A stretch of 64,000 nucleotides of DNA from the NCBI RefSeq assembly GCF_011045215.1, contig NZ_CP049201.1, one strand, 5' to 3'. The notes under the pieces were generated by a model that searched no databases, was not told the DNA's origin, and saw nothing but the letters and a program-made list of their open reading frames with translations. This DNA is from Escherichia coli (GTDB lineage Bacteria > Pseudomonadota > Gammaproteobacteria > Enterobacterales > Enterobacteriaceae). Position 1 is the first letter of the stretch, and every line of letters begins with the position of its first letter. Below are positions 33,437 to 40,069 of the stretch, piece by piece. The position numbers and the translations under genes were made by a program.

Positions 33437-33501
33437 TTAGGTAATTCTAATTTTTCTTGACTTAGGTATCCCGCGCACAATAATGTTAGAAAAGTCTAAC
33501 A
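33437..33501. promoter_or_regulatory. dicA/dicC divergent control region: operators plus the dicC promoter
   Basis: TTAGgtaattCTAA (33437-33450). TTGACT (33457-62)-N17-ATAATG. tGTTAGAaaagTCTAACa (33484-33501; 7-bp arms, 4-nt spacer) overlaps the -10/+1. Confidence 0.55.
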
Positions 33502-33514
33502 AGAGGGGGCTTTG

Positions 33515-33742
33515 ATGCTTAAAGTTGACGCAATTACTTTTTTTGGCAGCAAAACAAAGCTTGCCAATGCCGCAGGAGTGAGACTGGCAAGTGTTGCTGC
33601 TTGGGGGATACTGGTTCCTGAAGGTCGCGCGATGCGTCTACAGGAGGCATCTGGCGGGGAGCTTCAGTATGATCCCAAAGTTTATGACGAATATCGTAAG
33701 ACGAAGCGGACGGGGCGGTTGAACAATGAAAATCACTCCTGA
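33515..33742 (+). CDS. dicC: DicC-like Cro-type regulator
   Basis: MLKVDAITFFGSKTKLANAAGVRLASVAAW...VPEGRAMRLQEASGGELQYDPKVYDEYRK is colinear with remembered DicC. Divergent from dicA. Confidence 0.85.
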   Translation: MLKVDAITFFGSKTKLANAAGVRLASVAAWGILVPEGRAMRLQEASGGELQYDPKVYDEYRKTKRTGRLNNENHS

Positions 33743-34247
33743 ACAGGCTCGTGAGGCTCTGGATGCCTGGATATGTCGACCAGGAATGACACAGGAGCAG
33801 GCGACGATATTAATCACTGAAGCATTCTGGGCTTTGAAAGAGCGCCCGAACATCGATGTTCAGCGTGTCACATATGAAGGTGGCGCGGTTGATCAGCGAG
33901 CGCTTAGCGTTAATCGAGTGAAGATATTCGAACGCTGGAAGGCTATCGACACCAGGGATAAGCGTGAAAAGTTCACAGCGCTAGTGCCTGCAATTATGGA
34001 GGCTATCCGGATTAGTGATTTCAGGTTGTATCGTGAGATCAGTGATGGAAAAAGTATTACGTACATGATCGCCGGGTTAAATAAAGAATATGGCGATGTG
34101 GTGGAATCTGGACTGCTTTTTGCAGATCCTGCCGTTGTAGATCGTGAAACTGACGAACTTATAGAAAAAGCAATTGCTTTCAAGCTTGCGTATCGACAGC
34201 AATACCAACAAAAAGCTGGATGGAATTATGAGTCTTCTTTTTGCTGA
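33726..34247 (+). CDS. YdaT-family protein in the CII position
   Basis: 173 aa. The segment VKIFERWKAIDTRDKREKFTALVPAIMEAI resembles Rac YdaT (IYHRWLKGETKTQREKIQKLIPAILAIL). It is the gene directly after the cro-like gene. Confidence 0.5.
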   Translation: MKITPEQAREALDAWICRPGMTQEQATILITEAFWALKERPNIDVQRVTYEGGAVDQRALSVNRVKIFERWKAIDTRDKREKFTALVPAIMEAIRISDFRLYREISDGKSITYMIAGLNKEYGDVVESGLLFADPAVVDRETDELIEKAIAFKLAYRQQYQQKAGWNYESSFC

Positions 34248-35193
34248 ACGCCCACTGGTTATAAACACGCAGCTGGCAATGAAAATCGGCTTAAACGAAG
34301 CCATTGTTTTGCAACAACTGCACTACTGGTTGAGAGATACCAACTCCGGTATGGAATGTGATGGTGTTCGCTGGATTTATAACACAACGGAACAATGGCT
34401 GGAACAGTTCCCATTCTGGTCAGAGTCAACGTTAAAACGCGCGTTTGCAAGTCTGAAAACGCTGGGGCTTTTGCGTTGTGAAAAGCTCAATAAATCAAAG
34501 CGCGATATGACCAATTTCTACACGATCAACTATGGGAGCGAGCTTTTAGATGGTGGCAAATTGAACGAATCCATCGGTTCAAAATGCGCCGCTCCATCAG
34601 GTCAAAATGACACGATGGAAGAGGTCAAAATGAAACGCTCCATTGGTTCAAAACGACCCAATGTCATCGGGTCAAAATGGCCTGATGATCTTACAGAGAA
34701 TACAACAGAGATTACTACAGAGAATAAAAACACTTTTCGTCCGGAAGCTTCGCAACCGGACCCGCAGACGACTGAACAGGATTTTTTAACCCGGAACCCC
34801 GACGCGGTTGTGTTTAGTGTGAAAAAACGCCAGTGGGGTAGCAGGGAGGATTTGGCGTGTGCGCAGTGGATTTGGGGGCGGATCGTGAACCTTTACGAAC
34901 AGGCTGCCAGCGACGATGGAGAGATCATGCGACCAAAAGAGCCTAACTGGACAGCCTGGGCCAATGACGTGCGCACAATGCGGATGCTGGATGGCAGAAG
35001 CCACAGACAAATTTGCGAAATGTTTGGTCGGGTACAGCGGGATCCATTCTGGGTAAAAAACATCATGAGCCCGTCAAAACTCCGCGAAAAATGGGACGAA
35101 CTGGTCATCCGCCTGGGACGTTCACCTGTACAGCGTTGTGTGAATCATATTTCTGAACCGGATACAGAAATTCCGCCTGGTTTCAGAGGATAA
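34228..35193 (+). CDS. Replication initiator (lambda O-like role) containing the origin iterons
   Basis: Start at MSLLFAERPLVINTQLAMKIGLNEAIVLQQLHYWL (an N-terminal wHTH typical of phage replisome organisers). Five regularly spaced iterons and an A/T-rich block lie inside the gene. Confidence 0.7.
   Translation: MSLLFAERPLVINTQLAMKIGLNEAIVLQQLHYWLRDTNSGMECDGVRWIYNTTEQWLEQFPFWSESTLKRAFASLKTLGLLRCEKLNKSKRDMTNFYTINYGSELLDGGKLNESIGSKCAAPSGQNDTMEEVKMKRSIGSKRPNVIGSKWPDDLTENTTEITTENKNTFRPEASQPDPQTTEQDFLTRNPDAVVFSVKKRQWGSREDLACAQWIWGRIVNLYEQAASDDGEIMRPKEPNWTAWANDVRTMRMLDGRSHRQICEMFGRVQRDPFWVKNIMSPSKLREKWDELVIRLGRSPVQRCVNHISEPDTEIPPGFRG
34570..34728. repeat. Putative phage origin: five about 17-bp iterons at 23-24 bp spacing plus a 3 x 12-bp tandem A/T-rich repeat
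   Basis: tccatcggttcaaaatg (34570), tccatcaggtcaaaatg (34593), ..gaggtcaaaatg (ends 34632), tccattggttcaaaacg (34639), gtcatcgggtcaaaatg (34663). Then ACAGAGAATACA/ACAGAGATTACT/ACAGAGAATAAA at 34693-34728. Confidence 0.7.
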
Positions 35194-35233
35194 GTTTTGA
35201 TTTCAGGTCATGAGGTAATTTTAAGGGGGACTT

Positions 35234-35635
35234 GTGGCAAAAGTTTTTACACAAGAAGAGCGGGAAAAAATTAAAGGGCAGGTGGTGGAACTCGTGCGCC
35301 AGAGCGGTCGTGAGACGTTACGGCAACTGGAAGCTAAAACAGGTGCGACTAGATATCTGATGAGCGTTCTTGCCAGAGAGCTGGTAGCCAGTGGCGATGT
35401 ATACAACTCCGGCTACGGGTTATTCCCGTCTGAACAGGCGCGTAAGGACTGGCAAAACGCCCGCAAAAAACTATCGAGGGCAAAGGTGAAGAAAACAGCT
35501 GTGGTTGATCCGGACCTTATCTGGTCGTTACCTGATGGAGAAATACGTCGCTACGACAGTCGCCTAAACATAATCTGTCGCGAGTGCCGGATGAGTGAAG
35601 TTATGCAGCGCATACTGGCATTTTATCAGGGATAA
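35234..35635 (+). CDS. Hypothetical 133-aa protein after the initiator gene (function unknown)
   Basis: GTG start with a strong SD (aaggggga). It sits where lambdoid phages carry P or a helicase loader, but I see no such motif. Confidence 0.5.
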   Translation: MAKVFTQEEREKIKGQVVELVRQSGRETLRQLEAKTGATRYLMSVLARELVASGDVYNSGYGLFPSEQARKDWQNARKKLSRAKVKKTAVVDPDLIWSLPDGEIRRYDSRLNIICRECRMSEVMQRILAFYQG

Positions 35636-35731
35636 TGTTAGGTATTTTAGACGTTACTAGATTAAAAAGCATTAGTTCAGGAGTGAATTGACATTCTCAT
35701 TTTTCATGGCACAGGGTAGATCTGGCGTGGT

Positions 35732-35757
35732 TGTCCGCTTTGTGCCAGAAGCGGACA
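35732..35757. repeat. Stem-loop A flanking the NUDIX/HAD cargo (shares the GTCCGCTT...AAGCGGAC arms with stem-loop B)
   Basis: tgtccgctt-tgtgccag-aagcggaca, a 9-bp stem with no T-run. GTGCCAGA is repeated at 35742 and 35766. Confidence 0.5.
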
Positions 35758-35831
35758 TAGCAGGTGCCAGATGCATTTGTTATTCTTCATTGAATTGAGC
35801 AGTATCCTTAACAGGAACTCTGAATACATAA

Positions 35832-36470
35832 ATGAAGATGAAAAACATGTCTGAAGTGTTGACCCAAGAAAAGCTTATTTTTGTTGCCCAGAGACTAAAG
35901 GCCCTCGCGCAGTCAGGCCTGACCTATTCAAAAGACGTCTTTGACAAGGAACGCTATGAAGCCTTGCGTGAAATTGCCGCTGGACTGCTGAGTTCGCAGT
36001 TTGATATTAGCCGCAATGATTTGTTTCATGTATCGGAAACGGGTTACGCGACGCCCAAAACAGATGTGCGTGCGTTTATCCTGCGTAATAATCGTATTCT
36101 GATGGTGAAAGAGGCTGCAGATGGATTATGGAGTCTTCCTGGCGGATGGGCAGATGTTGGAGATACACCTTCTGAAGCTGTGCGTCGAGAGGTCGAAGAA
36201 GAAACCGGATTAAAAGTCAGAGTGACTAAACTATTGGGAGTTTGGGATCGTAATCTTCACGGCCATCCGCCTTTACCCTGGCATGTTTACAAGCTGATTT
36301 TTCTCTGTGAAGAAGTAGGTGGCAGCCTGTCAATCAGCCATGAGTCACTCGATGCTGATTTTTTTGATGTCAACGACCTGCCTGAATTGTCGCTTTCAAG
36401 AATTGTGCCTGAGCAGATTGCTGTCAGCCTGAGAGTAGCGAAAGGTGATGAAAAAACATGGTTTGATTAA
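35832..36470 (+). CDS. NUDIX hydrolase with N-terminal helical extension (ADP-ribose pyrophosphatase-like)
   Basis: Near-canonical Nudix box GGWADVGDTPSEAVRREVEEETGL (REVEEETGL fits REUxEExGU). 212 aa. Several in-frame ATGs near the start. Confidence 0.8.
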   Translation: MKMKNMSEVLTQEKLIFVAQRLKALAQSGLTYSKDVFDKERYEALREIAAGLLSSQFDISRNDLFHVSETGYATPKTDVRAFILRNNRILMVKEAADGLWSLPGGWADVGDTPSEAVRREVEEETGLKVRVTKLLGVWDRNLHGHPPLPWHVYKLIFLCEEVGGSLSISHESLDADFFDVNDLPELSLSRIVPEQIAVSLRVAKGDEKTWFD

Positions 36471-36493
36471 CTTTCTTCTGCAACCATTAAGGA

Positions 36494-37138
36494 ATGGCAA
36501 TGATATTCAACGCTAAGGGTTTTTTATTCGATATGGACGGTACGCTGGTTGATTCAACAGCCGTAGTGGAAAACGTCTGGAGAGATTTTTGTGCAGAATA
36601 CGGTCTTGATTCTCAGGCTGTGATTGCTTACGCACACGGGCGGCAAACGATTGATACACTAACGCATTTTATTGGTGCAGGTGAGAAAACCAATAAAATC
36701 GCGGCCTCACTCGAAGAGGTTGAAATCAACACGACAGAAGGCGTTACTGAAGTAAAAGGGGCCGCTGCACTCTTATCAAAACTGCCACCGGATAGCTGGG
36801 CACTTGTCACTTCTGCAGGCAGAATGCTTGCCGAAAACAGGATGAAAGCGGCTAATCTCCCCTTACCCAGAGTAATGGTGTGTGCAGAAGATGTAATGAC
36901 GGGAAAACCAAGTCCCGAGGGTTACATCAAAGCAGCTTTGGCTTTGGGCCTTGAGCCTGGTGAATGCGTGGTATTTGAGGATGCATCTGCGGGTATAAAA
37001 GCAGGGCTGGCAAGTGGAGCTTCGGTAATAGCTGTTCAGCCTGACGCTCTGGGATCATCTGAAGCCCATGCCGTCAGCGAACTGTCTGACATTATGGTCA
37101 AGATTTCCGGAGAACGTTTCAATATCATCTGTGGTTAA
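36494..37138 (+). CDS. HAD-superfamily sugar phosphatase (YfbT/HxpA-like)
   Basis: Motif I FLFDMDGTLVDS, motif II VTSAG, motif III GKPSPEGY, motif IV FEDASAGIKAG. Colinear with remembered YfbT. Confidence 0.8.
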   Translation: MAMIFNAKGFLFDMDGTLVDSTAVVENVWRDFCAEYGLDSQAVIAYAHGRQTIDTLTHFIGAGEKTNKIAASLEEVEINTTEGVTEVKGAAALLSKLPPDSWALVTSAGRMLAENRMKAANLPLPRVMVCAEDVMTGKPSPEGYIKAALALGLEPGECVVFEDASAGIKAGLASGASVIAVQPDALGSSEAHAVSELSDIMVKISGERFNIICG

Positions 37139-37198
37139 TCACGTTACACAATACGCATCAATGGACGCTGAGTAGTTCGCGAGTTTTAAACTTCCAAC

Positions 37199-37222
37199 GT
37201 CCGCTTTTCGCTCAAAGCGGAC
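37199..37222. repeat. Stem-loop B flanking the NUDIX/HAD cargo
   Basis: gtccgcttt-tcgctc-aaagcggac, a 9-bp stem with no T-run, 61 nt after the HAD stop. Confidence 0.5.
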
Positions 37223-37483
37223 TAGAAGGTTAGCTTGTATCGGACTTTGCGTATTAAATGACTAGTGGTTGAGCCCCATTTCCACAGAAAAAATCAGAGA
37301 AACTATACCCAATAGTTGTATTGAATCACTGACGAGACAGCCTCATATTCATCAGGACTGGTGTACGTCCAATACAGGAGGTTGTGGTGCTGGTTCTCAA
37401 ATGTGCGCTGGCTATTACGGCTGTAATGGCGATTTATTGTCTTGCTATTGTTCTTATGGATCGCCTTTCTGACTGATTTCATA

Positions 37484-37512
37484 TTGGCGAGGTAACGGTA
37501 GTTAAGTAGAAT
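37484..37512 (+). promoter_or_regulatory. Candidate hok mRNA promoter
   Basis: TTGGCG-N17-TAGAAT, placing +1 near 37519, at the start of the tac element. Confidence 0.55.
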
Positions 37513-37566
37513 GGCTGCGGGTGCTTGAGGCTATCTGCCTCGGGCATGAACACCAACGGCAGATAG

Positions 37567-37639
37567 AGAAAAGCCCCAGTTAACATTACGCGTCCTGCAA
37601 GACGCTTAACATTAATCTGAGGCCAATTTCATGCTAGAC
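37567..37639 (-). ncRNA. Candidate Sok antisense RNA
   Basis: Minus-strand TTGCCT (37674-69)-N17-TAACCT (37651-46) faces the mok start region. There is a small hairpin gcgtc/gacgc, and the U-run is only 4 nt. The boundaries are guesses. Confidence 0.3.
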
Positions 37640-37843
37640 ACATGTAGGTTAGCCTCTTACGTGCCGAAAGGCAAGGAGAAGCAGGCTATGAAGCAGCAAA
37701 AGGCGATGTTAATCGCCCTGATCGTCATCTGTTTAACCGTCATAGTGACGGCACTGGTAACGAGGAAAGACCTCTGCGAGGTACGAATCCGAACCGGCCA
37801 GACGGAGGTCGCTGTCTTCACAGCTTACGAACCTGAGGAGTAA
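37631..37843 (+). CDS. Mok (in-frame upstream extension whose translation is coupled to hok)
   Basis: MLDTCRLASYVPKGKEKQA followed by the Hok sequence. Same layout as the K-12 MokB/MokC entries as I remember them. Confidence 0.55.
   Translation: MLDTCRLASYVPKGKEKQAMKQQKAMLIALIVICLTVIVTALVTRKDLCEVRIRTGQTEVAVFTAYEPEE
37688..37843 (+). CDS. hokD: Hok-family type I toxin (HokD/RelF-like)
   Basis: MKQQKAMLIALIVICLTVIVTALVTRKDLCEVRIRTGQTEVAVFTAYEPEE (51 aa). Confidence 0.9.
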   Translation: MKQQKAMLIALIVICLTVIVTALVTRKDLCEVRIRTGQTEVAVFTAYEPEE

Positions 37844-37911
37844 GAGACCCGGCGAGGGATAAATCCCTCGCCACCTCTGATGTGGCAGGCATCCTCAACG
37901 CACCCGCACTT

Positions 37912-37938
37912 AACCCGCTTCGGCGGGTTTTTGTTTTT
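37912..37938 (+). terminator. hok mRNA terminator
   Basis: aacccgc-ttcg-gcgggtt followed by tttgttttt. Confidence 0.75.
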
Positions 37939-38059
37939 ATTTTCAACGCGTTTGAAGTTCTGGACGGTGCCGGAATAGAATCAAAAATACTTAAGTAGCG
38001 CGCAGGGATAAGAGGGATGGTCCCTTAAAGGGGAGAGCTAATTATCCGGAAGGATTCTG

Positions 38060-38311
38060 ATGATGAACATCGAAGAACTGCGTAAAATTTTTTGTGAAGA
38101 TGGCCTCTATGCTGTGTGCGTTGAAAATGGAAACATTGTTAGTCATTACCGCATTCTGTGTTTGCGAAAGAATGGGGCTGCGTTAATTAATTTTATGGAT
38201 GCTCGGGTCACGGACGGATTTATCTTGCGCGAAGGTGAGTTTGTCACTTCATTACAGGCACTGAAAGAGATCGGAATAAAAGCAGGCTTTTCAGCTTTTG
38301 CAGAAGAATAA
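38060..38311 (+). CDS. rem: Rem (small Qin-type protein of unknown function)
   Basis: 83 aa starting MMNIEELRKIFCEDGLYAVCVENGN... Matches my memory of Qin Rem and its position between hokD and ydfU. Confidence 0.65.
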   Translation: MMNIEELRKIFCEDGLYAVCVENGNIVSHYRILCLRKNGAALINFMDARVTDGFILREGEFVTSLQALKEIGIKAGFSAFAEE

Positions 38312-38377
38312 ACTCATCTACAATCTTGCGCGGGGCTGAACTCCCGCTGAGTAACACCGTGCCACCGGAGAAAACCG

Positions 38378-38656
38378 ATGGCACGCAACGTAAAATATTA
38401 CAATTCTGATAATTCGCCCGTTCTTGCCTGCACGCACGAGCGGTATTCTCACGCATTCAAGTCTGAATGGTTCCAGCACCCTCCATGCACTGAAGAGCAG
38501 GCTGAATGGATAATTCAGTGTTACCGCAGGCGCGGATACGAGGTTAAGAAAGCCCTTAGTCTCGACTACCGTCACTGGATAATCTCAGTCAGATTGCCTT
38601 ACTCCGAACGCCCACCGCGTCCGTCCCGTACATTCCAGCAACGCATCTGGAGGTAA
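38378..38656 (+). CDS. Hypothetical 92-aa protein
   Basis: ORF with an ATG start that abuts the next gene (1-nt gap). No motif recognised. Confidence 0.45.
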   Translation: MARNVKYYNSDNSPVLACTHERYSHAFKSEWFQHPPCTEEQAEWIIQCYRRRGYEVKKALSLDYRHWIISVRLPYSERPPRPSRTFQQRIWR

Positions 38657-38657
38657 C

Positions 38658-39707
38658 GTGCGGGTATTACTTCGACCTGTTCTGGTACCGGAACTCGGGC
38701 TGGTGGTCGTTAAGCCGGGCCGTGAATCCATGCCGGTATTCCACAATACCCGGGTACTGGTGGAGCCGGAACCGAAAAGCATGCGTAATCTGCCGTCCGG
38801 GATCGTTCCTGCCGTTCGCCAGCCGCTGGTGGAAGACAAAACATTGCTGCCGTTTTTCAGTAATGCACGGGTAATTCGTGCTGCTGGTGGTGCTGGTGCA
38901 TTGTCTGACTGGCTGTTGCGCCATATTAAATCCTGCCAGTGGCCACACGGCGATTATCATCACAGCGAAACCGTTATTCACCGTTATGGTACCGGCGCAA
39001 TGGTGTTGTGCTGGCACTGCGACAACCAGCTGCGTGACCAGACATCCGAATCACTCGAGCAACTTGCTCATCAAAACCTGTCAGCATGGATGATTGACGT
39101 CATCGGTCACGCAATAAGCGGTACGCAGGAGCGTGAATTATCTCTGGCTGAATTATCCTGGTGGGCGGTCCGCAATCAGGTGGCGGACGCGCTACCGGAA
39201 GCGGTATTACGTCGTTCGCTGGGGTTGCGTGCGGAAAAAATCCGCTCCATGTACCGTGAAAGCGACATCGTACCGGGAGAGCAGACCGCCACCAGCATAC
39301 TGAAACAGCGCACAAAAAATCTTGCGCCGCTGCCTCACGCCCACCAGCAACAGAACCCACCACAGGAAAAGACGGTGGTCAGCATTGCCGTTGATCCTGA
39401 GTCTCCGGAATCTTTCATGAAACGACCTAAACGTCGCCGCTGGGTTAATGAAAAGTACACGCGCTGGGTTAAGACACAGCCGTGTGCATGTTGTGGAAAG
39501 CCCGCTGATGATCCCCACCACCTGATAGGCCACGGTCAGGGGGGAATGGGTACAAAAGCGCATGACCTCTTTGTGTTGCCTTTGTGCAGAAAGCATCACG
39601 ACGAGCTGCATGCGGATACCGTGGCATTTGAAGAGAAGTATGGCTCCCAGCTGGAGCTGATATTTCGTTTTATCGATCGTGCGCTGGCAATTGGCGTGCT
39701 GGCCTGA
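38658..39707 (+). CDS. ydfU: DUF968 protein (YdfU-like)
   Basis: 349 aa with a GTG start. The C-terminal CACCGKPADDPHHLIGHGQGGMGTKAHDLFVLPLCRKHHDELH is the DUF968 signature. Confidence 0.8.
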   Translation: MRVLLRPVLVPELGLVVVKPGRESMPVFHNTRVLVEPEPKSMRNLPSGIVPAVRQPLVEDKTLLPFFSNARVIRAAGGAGALSDWLLRHIKSCQWPHGDYHHSETVIHRYGTGAMVLCWHCDNQLRDQTSESLEQLAHQNLSAWMIDVIGHAISGTQERELSLAELSWWAVRNQVADALPEAVLRRSLGLRAEKIRSMYRESDIVPGEQTATSILKQRTKNLAPLPHAHQQQNPPQEKTVVSIAVDPESPESFMKRPKRRRWVNEKYTRWVKTQPCACCGKPADDPHHLIGHGQGGMGTKAHDLFVLPLCRKHHDELHADTVAFEEKYGSQLELIFRFIDRALAIGVLA

Positions 39708-39724
39708 TTTTGTGGAGAAAGTTG

Positions 39725-40069
39725 ATGCGTGATATGTATGAAGTTTTAGACCGCTGGGGAGCGTGGGCTGCAGCAGATAACAGTGGTGTGGACTGGCAGC
39801 CGATAGCAGCAGGCTTTAAGGGGCTTTTACCTCATGGTAAAAAAATACGCCTTCAGTGTGATGATGATGAAGGCATCATGATAGACGGCTGTGTTGCCCG
39901 CCTGTGTAAGTATAAACCAGACGAATATGAGCTGATCATTGCTCACTTCGTTATAGGTATTTCACTGCGTTCTATTGCGAAGAGACGCAGATGCTCAGAT
40001 GGAACAATCCGGAAGCAATTGCAGACTGCGTTAGGTTTCATTAATGGGGTTATGTACATGCTCAAGTAA
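39725..40069 (+). CDS. Late antiterminator Q (QuuD/phage-82-type)
   Basis: MRDMYEVLDRWGAWAAADNSGVDWQPIAAGFKGLLP...CDDDEG..IDGCVARL is colinear with remembered DLP12 QuuD. A GGAG SD lies 7 nt upstream of ATG 39725. Confidence 0.8.
   Translation: MRDMYEVLDRWGAWAAADNSGVDWQPIAAGFKGLLPHGKKIRLQCDDDEGIMIDGCVARLCKYKPDEYELIIAHFVIGISLRSIAKRRRCSDGTIRKQLQTALGFINGVMYMLK

Noticed and set aside
37269-37472. Cys/Gly-rich 67-aa ORF (…GGCGAGSQMCAGYYGCNGDLLSCYCSYGSPF) reminiscent of a microcin/RiPP precursor
   Set aside because: It has a TTG start only, no SD, and no modification, export or immunity genes nearby. It ends just upstream of the hok promoter in what looks like non-coding spacer. Most likely a chance ORF, though a peptide search would settle it.
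38585-39611. 84-134-aa antisense and alternative-frame ORFs across the DUF968 gene
   Set aside because: They are nested in a gene with a clear family signature. The products are Arg/Pro-rich with no start signals.
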